DNA of 42,777 nucleotides from Candidatus Moraniibacteriota bacterium (lineage in GTDB: Bacteria > Patescibacteriota > Minisyncoccia > JAHIHE01 > JAGLIN01), in contig DAOWDS010000020.1 of the NCBI GenBank assembly GCA_030638895.1, forward strand, positions 1 through 42,777, in the 5' to 3' direction. The position numbers and the translations under genes are program-made. The notes under the pieces are model-generated. The model had not been told where the DNA came from. It saw only the letters and a program-made list of their open reading frames with translations, and searched no databases. Below are positions 1 through 9,325 of this stretch, piece after piece. Position 1 is the stretch's first letter, and every line of letters begins with the position of its first letter.

Positions 1-1
1 A

Positions 2-1621
2 CTTGGAAAATATCTTGAAGCAATTACGAAAGGGAAAACAAGCGAAGCAATAAAAAAACTGGCGGGACTTCAACCGAAAGAAGCAATCATTATTAAAAAT
101 GGCAAGGAAATAAAAGTTCCTATTCTAGAAGTTAGAGTTGATGATATTATCTTGGTAAAGCCTGGAGAGAAAATTCCTGTGGACGGAATTGTCATTAATG
201 GATATTCCGGAGTTGATCAGCAGGCAATTACTGGAGAGAGTATGCCTATTGAAAAGAAAAAAGGAGATACGGTTATCGGAGCAACAATAAACAAAACAGG
301 ATCTTTGGAATTTAAAGCTACAAAAGTTGGAAAAGATACGATGCTTTCACATATTATCAAAACGGTTGAAGAGTCTATGGGATCCAAGGCCCCAATTCAA
401 CTTTTAGCTGATAAAGTATCATTTTACTTTGTTCCGACTGTAATTGCTATTAGTATCATAGCTGCTTCTATCTGGCTCATTTTCGGGCAACCACCTGCTT
501 TTGCTTTATCAATTTTTGTCGCAGTTTTAATTGTTGCTTGTCCGTGCGCTCTCGGGCTTGCGACCCCGACAGCCGTTATGATGGGAACGGGACTTGCCGC
601 AAAGAATGGCATTTTAATTAAAAGCAGTAAAGCTCTTGAAATTGCTCAAAAGATAGATATGATTGTTTTTGATAAAACGGGAACATTAACCAAGGGAGAG
701 CCGGTTGTAACTAATGTTGTTGGAATAAAAGAATCAAAATCAAAAATTATTCAAATTGCTTCTTCCATTGAAAAACACTCTGAACATCCTTTGGCTCAGG
801 CAATAGTAAAAAATGCTGAGAAAAATAATTTAAAATTTTATGAAATTAATAATTTTCAGGCTATTCCGGGAAAAGGCGTAACTTGCAGGATTGAAAATAA
901 AAATATTTTATTAGGAACAAGAAAATTGCTTATTGATAATAAAATTAGTATAGATAACATAGAAGAAGAAATGAAAAAACTTGAAGATCAAGGAAAAACT
1001 GCGATGATATTAGCGCAAGACAGGGAAGTGATTGGTATAATTGCCGTGGCGGACACTTTGAAAGAAAATTCAATAGAAGCTATTGGTGTTTTGAAAAAAA
1101 TGGGGAAAAAGATTGCCATTATAACCGGAGACAATAAAAGAATCGGTGAAGCTATCGCAAGAGAGCTTGATATTGATTTCGTTCTTGCCGAAGTTCTTCC
1201 TCAAGAAAAATCTGATGAAATAAAAAAACTGCAAAAGAAAGGATTTTCAATTGCGATGGTAGGAGATGGAATTAATGACGCGCCGGCGCTTGCTCAGGCT
1301 GATCTTGGAATCGCGCTTGGATCGGGAACTGATATTGCCATGGAAACCGGAGAAATTGTTTTAATTAATAACGACTTAAGAAATGTCGTAACTGCTATTG
1401 ATTTAAGCAGCTATACGATGAAAAAAATCAAACAAAATCTTTTCTGGGCATTTTTCTATAACAGCACTGGCATTCCTATCGCCGCTGGCATTCTTTATCC
1501 TATAACTGGATGGCTTTTAAATCCGTCATTTGCCGCAGCGGCTATGGCCTTCTCTTCAGTTAGTGTTGTTTCTAATTCCCTTTTAATGAAAAGGTATAGG
1601 CCGAGAATTGAGAAAAAATAA
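2..1621 (+). CDS. copA: Heavy-metal (Cu+/Ag+ type) translocating P1B-type ATPase, 5' end cut by window edge
   Basis: Frame is open from nt 2 (LGKYLEAITKGKTSEAIKKLAGL...) upstream of the TTG at 152. Motifs TGES, CPC (ACPCALGLATP), DKTGTLT, SEHPL, GDGINDAPAL. Confidence 0.9.
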   Translation, partial: LGKYLEAITKGKTSEAIKKLAGLQPKEAIIIKNGKEIKVPILEVRVDDIILVKPGEKIPVDGIVINGYSGVDQQAITGESMPIEKKKGDTVIGATINKTGSLEFKATKVGKDTMLSHIIKTVEESMGSKAPIQLLADKVSFYFVPTVIAISIIAASIWLIFGQPPAFALSIFVAVLIVACPCALGLATPTAVMMGTGLAAKNGILIKSSKALEIAQKIDMIVFDKTGTLTKGEPVVTNVVGIKESKSKIIQIASSIEKHSEHPLAQAIVKNAEKNNLKFYEINNFQAIPGKGVTCRIENKNILLGTRKLLIDNKISIDNIEEEMKKLEDQGKTAMILAQDREVIGIIAVADTLKENSIEAIGVLKKMGKKIAIITGDNKRIGEAIARELDIDFVLAEVLPQEKSDEIKKLQKKGFSIAMVGDGINDAPALAQADLGIALGSGTDIAMETGEIVLINNDLRNVVTAIDLSSYTMKKIKQNLFWAFFYNSTGIPIAAGILYPITGWLLNPSFAAAAMAFSSVSVVSNSLLMKRYRPRIEKK

Positions 1622-1689
1622 ATTTTAAAATTTTGTCTATTTCGAAAATATAATATACAATAAATATTATGGAACATATAGTGGTACTA

Positions 1690-1825
1690 CTTTAAATTAC
1701 CCTGTCATCCTGAACTTGTTTCAGGATCTTTTGACTGCTACATCTAGCTTAAAATGAGTAAACATAACTTTTGTCATACGCAGATTCTGAACTAAATTCA
1801 GAATGACAAACCGGTAAATTTAAAG
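1690..1825 (+). repeat. Nested-palindrome MITE-like element, copy 1
   Basis: Head TGTCATCCTGAACTTGTTTCAGGATC and tail ATTCTGAACTAAATTCAGAATGACA. Outer inverted arms CTTTAAATTACC / GGTAAATTTAAAG. Same architecture as the copies at 23189, 24765 and 31008. Confidence 0.75.
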
Positions 1826-1864
1826 CAATATCATTATATAATTAAAAAATAGATAAATTTATAA

Positions 1865-3475
1865 ATGATAAAAAGATTAATAAACGGAAAGACTAAATCC
1901 ATAACCGCGGCCGCGCTGATACTGGCGGTGGCATCGCTTGCCAGTAAGCTATTAGGATTGTTTCGCGACAGAATTCTTGCCGGAAGCTTCGGACTTGGAA
2001 GCGAACTGGATATTTATTACGCTGCTTTTAGAATACCGGATTTTGTTTTTAATATCGTTGTTCTCGGCGCTCTTTCTGCCGGCTTTATACCGGTTTTTGC
2101 AAAGCTGGTTTCAGAAAAAAAAGAGGAAGAAGCTTTCAGAACAGCTAATGCGGTATTGAACTTAATTTTTGCAGCTCTTCTTTTTTTATGTCTGGTTGGA
2201 ATTATATTTACGCCGAATTTGATAAATTTTCTGGCCATAGGATTTGATGCGGAAAAAAAAGAAGCAACAGTAGCGCTTACGCGCATAATGTTTTTGAGTC
2301 CGATATTTTTACTTTTGAGCAGCATTACCGGAGGAATTCTCCAATCTTATAAAAGATTTTTTATCTACTCTCTTTCCCCTATTATGTATAATGTCGGAAT
2401 AATAATAGGAGCAATTTATTTTGCGCGCTGGTGGGGGCTTGTTGGTCTTGCTTGGGGAGTGGCTCTTGGATCTTTTCTGCATTTTGCGATTCAGTTTCCA
2501 ATAGTTAAAAGATTGGGGTTTAATTATCAGTGGATTATAGACTTCAAAGACAAAGGAGTGAGAAAAATAATAAAAATGATGATTCCGAGAACGCTTACTC
2601 TTGTCACAATACAAATTAATCTTGTTGTTATAACTATAATCGCTTCAACGCTTTCTGAAGGAAGTTTGGGTGTTTTTAATATTGCAAATAATTTACAGAG
2701 TTTTCCTCTCGGGCTTTTCGCTATTTCATTTGCAATTGCGTCTTTTCCAACATTATCCGCGCTAAGCAGTGAAGAAAATAGAAAAGAGTTTGCAGAAAAT
2801 TTGACAACAACAACAAAACAAATATTGTTTTTTATCATTCCTGTTAGCATTCTTTTTATTGTGCTTCGCGCCCAAATTGTTCGTGTCATATATGGAACGG
2901 GAAAAATCGGATGGGAAGAAACAATCTTGCTTTTTGAAGTTTTGGCGATTTTTTCAATAAGCTTATTTGCGCAAGGAATTATCCCTCTTATATCGCGCGC
3001 TTTTTGGGCTCTTCATAACGCTAAAACTCCATTTTTTACTTCACTTGCAAGCGTTATGATAAATATCATTCTTGCTTTTTCACTTTCAAAACAATATGGA
3101 ATTACTGGGCTTGTCGGAGCATTTTCAATTTCGTCAATAATAAACGCGCTGCTTCTGTATTATTTAATCAATAAAAAAATAGGCTTTATCTATCACAGAA
3201 AAATTTATAATCCACTTTTAAAAATATCCGCGTCTTCCATAATTGCTGGGTTTTTTTGTTACAAAACTTTATATTTAGTAGAACCATTTTTAAATACAAA
3301 TACAGGATTTGGACTTTTGACTCAGGGATTTTTTGCCGGACTTGTGGGACTTTTTACATACTGCATAATAAGCTGGAAGCTTGGAATAGAAGAATTTATG
3401 ATTTTTAAAAATTCAATCCAAAGAAGATTATTTAAGACGAAAATTGAAACTGCGGAAATTATAGCTAAGGAATAA
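1865..3475 (+). CDS. murJ: Lipid II flippase MurJ/MviN
   Basis: 536 aa polytopic membrane protein. N-terminus LGLFRDRILAGSFGLGSELDIYYAAFRIPDFVFNI is typical of MurJ. Confidence 0.9.
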   Translation: MIKRLINGKTKSITAAALILAVASLASKLLGLFRDRILAGSFGLGSELDIYYAAFRIPDFVFNIVVLGALSAGFIPVFAKLVSEKKEEEAFRTANAVLNLIFAALLFLCLVGIIFTPNLINFLAIGFDAEKKEATVALTRIMFLSPIFLLLSSITGGILQSYKRFFIYSLSPIMYNVGIIIGAIYFARWWGLVGLAWGVALGSFLHFAIQFPIVKRLGFNYQWIIDFKDKGVRKIIKMMIPRTLTLVTIQINLVVITIIASTLSEGSLGVFNIANNLQSFPLGLFAISFAIASFPTLSALSSEENRKEFAENLTTTTKQILFFIIPVSILFIVLRAQIVRVIYGTGKIGWEETILLFEVLAIFSISLFAQGIIPLISRAFWALHNAKTPFFTSLASVMINIILAFSLSKQYGITGLVGAFSISSIINALLLYYLINKKIGFIYHRKIYNPLLKISASSIIAGFFCYKTLYLVEPFLNTNTGFGLLTQGFFAGLVGLFTYCIISWKLGIEEFMIFKNSIQRRLFKTKIETAEIIAKE

Positions 3476-3560
3476 AACATAATTTATATAAGTTTATATT
3501 TGAATTTTGAATTTTTTTCTTGCGAAATAACAAAATTGTGCTATTCTATATAAGTATTTT

Positions 3561-3633
3561 GCGGATGTAGTTCAGTGGCTAGAACGTCTCCTTGCCAAGG
3601 AGAAGGTCGCCGGTTCGACTCCGGTCATCCGCT
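3561..3633 (+). tRNA. tRNA-Gly (GCC)
   Basis: Cloverleaf read by eye: acceptor GCGGATG/CATCCGC, anticodon loop TTGCCAA, T-loop TTCGACT. No encoded CCA. Confidence 0.9.
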
Positions 3634-3647
3634 CAGAATTAAAAAGT

Positions 3648-3672
3648 ACACTAGAATTACTAGTGTTTTTTT
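3648..3672 (+). terminator. Rho-independent terminator after tRNA-Gly
   Basis: Stem ACACTAG/CTAGTGT followed by a T7 run. Confidence 0.7.
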
Positions 3673-3769
3673 GTGATAAAATAAAAATTATGTTTATAGC
3701 GCAAAACTATTTATCATAAAAATAAAATTAAATATCCTGCAACTTTATTCATTTGTGTTGTTTTTATTA

Positions 3770-4564
3770 TTATACAGAGTCAGCTTCTTGATATATGATT
3801 GATCCGCAGTGCTTACAATGAGTCGCGTCAACATCATGTTGTCTTAGTCCGCATTTGTCACATATAATAAATCTTTTTCTGGATATAGAAAATATAATTT
3901 CTCGCACTAATAATGCTAATTGCCATGGAATTAAAGCAATACTTATTAAAATCATCAGAACAGTAACTTCTTTTCCGATATTTGTTATCGGAGTAATATC
4001 TCCATATCCAACAGTCGTAAGGGTAACAATAGAGAAATATACAGCGTCACCAAGATTATTAATTAAAGGATTAGTATTTTTTTCTACCTCATAAATAAAT
4101 GATGAAAAAACAAAAATGATTGTAGTAATTATAAATATAATTCTAACAATGCGAACTTGATGTAATCGAACGTCTTTAGATAAAAATGAATTGCTTTTTA
4201 TGTATCTCATAAACCGGAAAATTCTAAAAACTCTCAAAATTCTCACAAAACGCATATCAATAAAAGTAACCAATGTTGGTAATATTGCGATTAAATCAAT
4301 TAAGCTATATATATGAAGCATATGTTTAAATTTATTTTCAGCAGTCCATAGTCTTAGAATATATTCAATTATAAAAATTGAAACAGTTACTATTTCAATT
4401 TTCCAGAAAAGCGATGGATTAACGTTATAATAGTAACTTTCAATTATAAATACAATTACCGTAATAATATTTAATGATATGATAAAATACTCAATAAATT
4501 TACCGATACTTGTTTTGTCATCATTCAAATAATATCTAATGAACCCTTTTATTTTTCTAATCAT
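3770..4564 (-). CDS. Voltage-gated-type K+ channel (ion transport family) with C-terminal zinc ribbon
   Basis: Selectivity filter TTVGYGD, S4-like RFVRILRVFRIFRFMRY, C-terminal CDKCG...CKHCG. Confidence 0.85.
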   Translation of the reverse strand: MIRKIKGFIRYYLNDDKTSIGKFIEYFIISLNIITVIVFIIESYYYNVNPSLFWKIEIVTVSIFIIEYILRLWTAENKFKHMLHIYSLIDLIAILPTLVTFIDMRFVRILRVFRIFRFMRYIKSNSFLSKDVRLHQVRIVRIIFIITTIIFVFSSFIYEVEKNTNPLINNLGDAVYFSIVTLTTVGYGDITPITNIGKEVTVLMILISIALIPWQLALLVREIIFSISRKRFIICDKCGLRQHDVDATHCKHCGSIIYQEADSV

Positions 4565-4722
4565 ATAATAGTTGTTGTTACTTGATTAATATTTTTAGTA
4601 TATTAAAAAAAGCAAGAAATAAAAACTCCTATATTATGTTTGGCGTGTTTGTTATAATACATAAGTATTATAACAAAATAATGTTAAATAAAAAACTATG
4701 ACAAAAGTCAAAGTTTTATTTG

Positions 4723-4795
4723 TGCCGAGAGGCGGACTTGAACCGCCGACACAAGGATTTTCAGTCCTTTGCTCTACCAACTGAGCTACCTCGGC
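4723..4795 (-). tRNA. tRNA-Phe (GAA)
   Basis: Reverse complement GCCGAGGTAGCTCAGTTGGTAGAGC...; anticodon loop CTGAAAA; T-loop TTCAAGT. Confidence 0.9.
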
Positions 4796-4965
4796 GAAAA
4801 TCATATAAACATGTTAACATACTAACATTTTAACATATTTTAAATCACAGCAATAATATAAATTACAATACTTTAATATTTAATTTATTAAAAGCACTGA
4901 TATCAAATTTTAAAAAGACAAACAAAAGATCTTGTTAAAATGTTCATATGTTAAAATGAATATAG

Positions 4966-5039
4966 TGGGCGCTAAGGGATTCGAACCCCTGACCCTCTCG
5001 GTGTAAACGAGATGCTCTAGCCAACTGAGCTAAGCGCCC
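4966..5039 (-). tRNA. tRNA-Val (TAC)
   Basis: Reverse complement GGGCGCTTAGCTCAGTTGGCTAGAGC...; anticodon loop TTTACAC; T-loop TTCGAAT. Confidence 0.9.
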
Positions 5040-5097
5040 AAAACAACTTATAACTTATAACAAGGCGTTGTCGGTTATAGGTTATTAGTTAAGTTTG

Positions 5098-5181
5098 TGC
5101 CGAGAGAGGGACTTGAACCCTCACGCCCAAAATGAGCACAGGCCCTCAACCTGCCGCGTATACCAATTCCGCCACCTCGGC
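5098..5181 (-). tRNA. tRNA-Leu (GAG), long variable arm
   Basis: Reverse complement GCCGAGGTGGCGGAATTGGTA...; anticodon loop TTGAGGG; 84 nt class II tRNA. Confidence 0.85.
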
Positions 5182-5274
5182 AAATCATTTTAACATATAA
5201 ACATACTAACATTTTAACATGTCAAAATGAAAGATTTGTGTTTTTCAGTCAATTTTCCAATACCCGACACAAGT

Positions 5275-5853
5275 TTACTGTTGTTTGTCATCTTTCTTTT
5301 TTTCTTTCTCTTCTTTTAATTCTTCATCTTTATTTTCTTTTACATTTTTTTCTTTTTTTCCCACCCTTTCTTCTTTTACATTCTCTGTGTTTTCTGTCTT
5401 GCCTTCTTTTTTATCTTCCGTCTTTTCTTTAATTTTTTTCTCCGCATCTTTTTCCCCTTGCGGCTTATTGTCTTCTTTATTTACCAGCTCCCCTTTTGGT
5501 TTGGTTGCTTTACCTACTCTGTCTCTCATATAATTGAGCTTCGCGCGCCTTGTTTTTGTAATTTTAATAAGCTCTATTTTTTCTATAGTCGGAGCATTTA
5601 ATGGAAAAATTTTTTCAACTCCTATGCCTCCAGAAATCTTTCGCACTGTAATAGTCGAACTTATTCCTGTTCCGCCTTTTTTGCCAATAACAAGACCCTC
5701 AAAAACTTGAATTCTTTCTTTCGTTTCCTCTTTTTTCCCGACTCCTTTTGTTTCGACTATTTTTTGATAAACCTTAATAATATGGCCAGGTTTTATCTCG
5801 GGCAAATCTTTTCTGATATTGCTATGATTAAATTCTTGTAGTATTACTGTCAT
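5275..5853 (-). CDS. rplS: 50S ribosomal protein L19 with ~75 aa Lys/Glu-rich C-terminal extension
   Basis: The first ~115 aa match the L19 pattern (IRKDLPEIKPGHIIKVYQKI...RIQVFEGLVIGKKGGTGISSTITVRKIS...RRAKLNYMRDR), followed by a KE-rich tail. Confidence 0.9.
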   Translation of the reverse strand: MTVILQEFNHSNIRKDLPEIKPGHIIKVYQKIVETKGVGKKEETKERIQVFEGLVIGKKGGTGISSTITVRKISGGIGVEKIFPLNAPTIEKIELIKITKTRRAKLNYMRDRVGKATKPKGELVNKEDNKPQGEKDAEKKIKEKTEDKKEGKTENTENVKEERVGKKEKNVKENKDEELKEEKEKKKDDKQQ

Positions 5854-6080
5854 ATTTAATTGAATTATGAATTATGAATAACTTTTAATTATATTATAAA
5901 TTACTTTACGTATTTTATACTACTTTATAAACTTGAATTAGTCAAGAAGAAAGGGAAAAATATTATATTATGCCTATAGATACTGTTTTATTGTACAAGT
6001 TGCCAAATATTTTACTAGAAGCTTAAAATACTTCTGTTATTTTTTATTAAAATTGGTAAAAAACGATATTTTTTGATAGA

Positions 6081-6554
6081 ATGAAAACAATGAAAGAGAA
6101 GAACCAAGCTCTTCAATTTGCAATGAAACTTATAGGCCTCAGAAAAAGGTCGGTTTTTGAAGTTACAGAGAGATTAAAGAAAAAAGGATTTAAAGAAAAT
6201 ATTATAAAAGAAATTTTAAAAGAATTAAAAAATTACAAGTATCTTAACGATGAACAATTCGCGGAAAGTTATATTAATGACAGAATGAATTTTAGGCCGT
6301 GTGGCAGATTTTTAATTATGAAGGAATTAAGAGAAAGAGGTATTGTGAAAAATATTATAAATAAAAAAATAGAAGAGCTGCTAAGCGTGGAAATAGAAAT
6401 TGAATCGGCAAAAAGATTGGCGCGGAAAAAAATAAGAGCTGTAAGCTGCAAGACAGATAAAAACAAAATCAACCAGAAAACAAAATCATACCTGCAATCA
6501 AGGGGATATGCATTTGATATTATTAGTCAGGTGATTAACAATGAAATGAAATAA
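6081..6554 (+). CDS. recX: RecX family recombination regulator
   Basis: 157 aa helical-repeat protein; LKKKGFKENIIKEILKELKNYKYLNDEQFAESYINDRM is typical of RecX. Confidence 0.75.
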   Translation: MKTMKEKNQALQFAMKLIGLRKRSVFEVTERLKKKGFKENIIKEILKELKNYKYLNDEQFAESYINDRMNFRPCGRFLIMKELRERGIVKNIINKKIEELLSVEIEIESAKRLARKKIRAVSCKTDKNKINQKTKSYLQSRGYAFDIISQVINNEMK

Positions 6555-6643
6555 TTACAAATTAAATCTATTGTCGCATGCCAATAATATATGTCCTTAG
6601 TCAAAATAGATAGAAAGTAATCACAGTTTCTCAGCAGTAAATT

Positions 6644-8377
6644 ATGAAAAATAAATTTACCAGAAATAAAATAAAAAAAAGTAAAATTATATTATCAATT
6701 ATAATATTTTTAATTGTGATTACAATTGTAATCGCGGCTTATTTTTATTATAAAGAATATTCAGATAAAATTCTACCGAACACATTCATAAACGGAGAAA
6801 ATTATTCAAATCTAACAGAAGAAGAAGCAAAAAACAAGCTTGAAAATAAAATAAAAGATTTCAGAGAGAATGGAATTGATTTTGTTTATGAAAATAAAAC
6901 ATATAACGCGCAGCTTAAAGAGATGGGTATTGATATAAACACTGAAAAAATTATTTCAGACGCTTTCGGGCATGGACATAAAAATAGTATATTTGAAGAC
7001 TTAAAAGACTGGGTAAATTTATGGACAAACAATGTCAATATTTTAATTATCCCTGAAATTAACAAAGAAAAACTAGAAAATTATATTTTAGAAAATTTAT
7101 CAGAGATTGAAGACCAGCCTAAAAATTTTGGATATAAATATGAAAATGGTGAATTTGTTTCAGTTTTGGCAGAATCAGGAATAATTATAGATAGAAATAA
7201 ATTAATAAAAAACATATCAGAAAATATTTTTAATCTTAATAATAAAATAATAAATATAGAACTTGTTAAAAAAAATCCAGAAATAAATGAAGATAAAAAC
7301 GAAAATGCTCTTTTTTACGCTAGGAATCTGTTTCTAAAAAAAATTATATTAAAATATAATTCAAGTATTTGGGAAGTTCAAAAAGACGATTTTGCGATAT
7401 GGATTCAATTTAATGCTATAAACAGTCTTAACAATGACAATAATAAAGTTCTTGGCATCAATGCTGACAAAGACGAAATAAAAGATTATTTATTGACTCT
7501 TATTCCTCAAATAAATCGCGAGCCAGTCAATGCGCAACTTGAATTTAAGAAAGGAAAAATTGATTTATTTTCCTTAAGTCAAGAGGGTATCGCACTTCAA
7601 GTTGAAAAAAGCATAAATGAAATTGAAAAAGTTATTTTTAATACAGACAACTATCAAGACAATTCTGAAATCGAAATTGAAATACAGATGATTATGAATA
7701 AAGTTCAGCCGGAAATTACAACAGAAAGTATAGACAATATGGGAATAACCGCGCTTCTCGCGACTGGAAAATCTAATTTCTATGGTTCGCCTAAAAACAG
7801 AAAGCATAATATAGCGGTAGGCGCTAGCAAATTTCAGGGAATACTAATTGGACCGGAAGACGAATTTTCTTTTAATAAAGCTTTAGGAGCTGTTGGAACG
7901 AGAGAAGGATATCTTCCGGAGCTCGTAATTAAAAAAGGAGAAACTGTTCCAGAATATGGCGGAGGATTGTGTCAGGTTTCAACAACAGCCTTTAGGGCGG
8001 CAGTTCTTGCTGGTCTTGAAATTACTGAGAGAAAAAATCATGCATATCCCGTAAAATATTACGATCCGCAAGGGACAGACGCAACAATATATCCGCCACA
8101 TCCCGATTTAAGATTTAAAAACAATACGCCTGCCTATATTTTGATTCAGACAAGAATTGAAGGCAATTTATTATATTTTGATTTCTATGGATCTGATTAT
8201 AATCGAAATGTTGTTTTAAAAGGTCCTTATTTTTATGACAAAAAATCAGATGGTTCAATGAAAGCAATATGGACTCAGCAAGTTTACGATAAAGATGATA
8301 AGCTATTATTTGAAAAAAAATTCTATAGTATCTATAAATCTCCTAGTTTGTATCCGCATAAAAGTCCATTAGAGTAA
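6644..8377 (+). CDS. VanW family protein with N-terminal membrane anchor
   Basis: N-terminal TM helix. C-terminal VanW signature GGGLCQVSTTAFRAAVLAGLEITERKNHAYPVKYY...GTDATIY. Confidence 0.85.
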   Translation: MKNKFTRNKIKKSKIILSIIIFLIVITIVIAAYFYYKEYSDKILPNTFINGENYSNLTEEEAKNKLENKIKDFRENGIDFVYENKTYNAQLKEMGIDINTEKIISDAFGHGHKNSIFEDLKDWVNLWTNNVNILIIPEINKEKLENYILENLSEIEDQPKNFGYKYENGEFVSVLAESGIIIDRNKLIKNISENIFNLNNKIINIELVKKNPEINEDKNENALFYARNLFLKKIILKYNSSIWEVQKDDFAIWIQFNAINSLNNDNNKVLGINADKDEIKDYLLTLIPQINREPVNAQLEFKKGKIDLFSLSQEGIALQVEKSINEIEKVIFNTDNYQDNSEIEIEIQMIMNKVQPEITTESIDNMGITALLATGKSNFYGSPKNRKHNIAVGASKFQGILIGPEDEFSFNKALGAVGTREGYLPELVIKKGETVPEYGGGLCQVSTTAFRAAVLAGLEITERKNHAYPVKYYDPQGTDATIYPPHPDLRFKNNTPAYILIQTRIEGNLLYFDFYGSDYNRNVVLKGPYFYDKKSDGSMKAIWTQQVYDKDDKLLFEKKFYSIYKSPSLYPHKSPLE

Positions 8378-8441
8378 ATTAGTTTTAAATAACAATGAAA
8401 TAATATAACAATTTTATAATTATAACCTAAGAACTTAAATC

Positions 8442-9023
8442 ATGAAAAGAATAATTATACTTGCATCTAGATCACTTCAAAGAAAAAAACTTTTAGAAAC
8501 CATTGGCCTTAATTTTGAAATTGAAACAAGCAATTTCAAAGAAGATATGACTGAAAAATTACCAGTAAACAAACTTGCGCAAAAACTTGCGCTTGGCAAA
8601 GCTCAAGATGTTGCAAAAAAACACAAAAACGCAATTATAATAGGTGCTGATACTTTTGCAATTCTCGGAAAAGAACTTTTAGGAAGTCCGCGCACTCAGC
8701 AAGAAGCAAAAGAGATGATTAAAAAAATAAGCGGGAAAAAACACAAGATTATTACGGGGTTTGCAATAATTGATACAGGAAAAAATAAAACAATTACAGA
8801 TTATGATATTACCGATGTGTGGTTTAAAAAATTAACTCATAAAGAAATTAATAACTACATAAAATTGGATAAGTCTCTTGATAAAGCGGCTGGATATTCA
8901 ATACAAGAGATTGGCTCGCTTTTTATAGAAAAAATAAATGGAAATTATGCCAGTGTAGTTGGACTTCCGATAGGCAAAATATATAAGCATTTATTAAAAT
9001 TGGGAGTGAATATTTTAGCTTAA
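8442..9023 (+). CDS. maf: Maf-like nucleoside triphosphate pyrophosphatase
   Basis: 193 aa; ILASRSLQRKKLLETIGLNFEI...GADT...GKP pattern and YSIQE...GNYASVVGLPI tail typical of Maf. Confidence 0.85.
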   Translation: MKRIIILASRSLQRKKLLETIGLNFEIETSNFKEDMTEKLPVNKLAQKLALGKAQDVAKKHKNAIIIGADTFAILGKELLGSPRTQQEAKEMIKKISGKKHKIITGFAIIDTGKNKTITDYDITDVWFKKLTHKEINNYIKLDKSLDKAAGYSIQEIGSLFIEKINGNYASVVGLPIGKIYKHLLKLGVNILA

Positions 9024-9059
9024 CGCTAAATACATATAATAGTTTAGTGTAATAATTGT

Positions 9060-9118
9060 AGGGGTTGAATTCAGGGGTTGTATTAGGGCTTGACATGATT
9101 TTCTGCTTATGCTAAATT
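9060..9118 (+). promoter_or_regulatory. Three direct AGGGSTTG repeats abutting a sigma70-type promoter
   Basis: AGGGGTTG at 9060 and 9073, AGGGCTTG at 9085 (12-13 bp spacing). TTGACA 9090-9095, 17 bp spacer, TGC-TAAATT with -10 at 9113-9118. Confidence 0.55.
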
Positions 9119-9325
9119 GTCATATATAAGTTATAATTTTATAATTTTTAGACTTTTTGTTGATTAATCTTTATTACCTATTGGCAAGCCTGTTTATAGA
9201 AAGGTAGTCAGTGGTTTAGGTTTAGGTTAGCAGTTTTTGGAAAGAAAAGCGGATTATAAAACATAAAGTTTGAAGGAAAAAAAACAATTAGTATTCTAAT
9301 AAGCAATCTAGAAAATAATAGAAGA

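Noticed and set aside
424-2889. Short ORFs inside or antisense to copA and murJ (424-612, 1495-1677, 1977-2159, 2017-2325, 2309-2614, 2527-2889)
   Set aside because: They overlap well-supported genes and have the composition typical of shadow ORFs.
5238-5533. ORFs 5238-5432 and 5285-5533 (+), rich in S, F and L
   Set aside because: They are antisense to the purine-rich KE tail of rplS and are a low-complexity artefact.
9119-9325. c-di-AMP (ydaO) or other riboswitch in the long leader of the LysM/CHAP gene
   Set aside because: I could not find the conserved pseudo-symmetric helices or sequence blocks of the known classes by eye. It needs a covariance-model scan.
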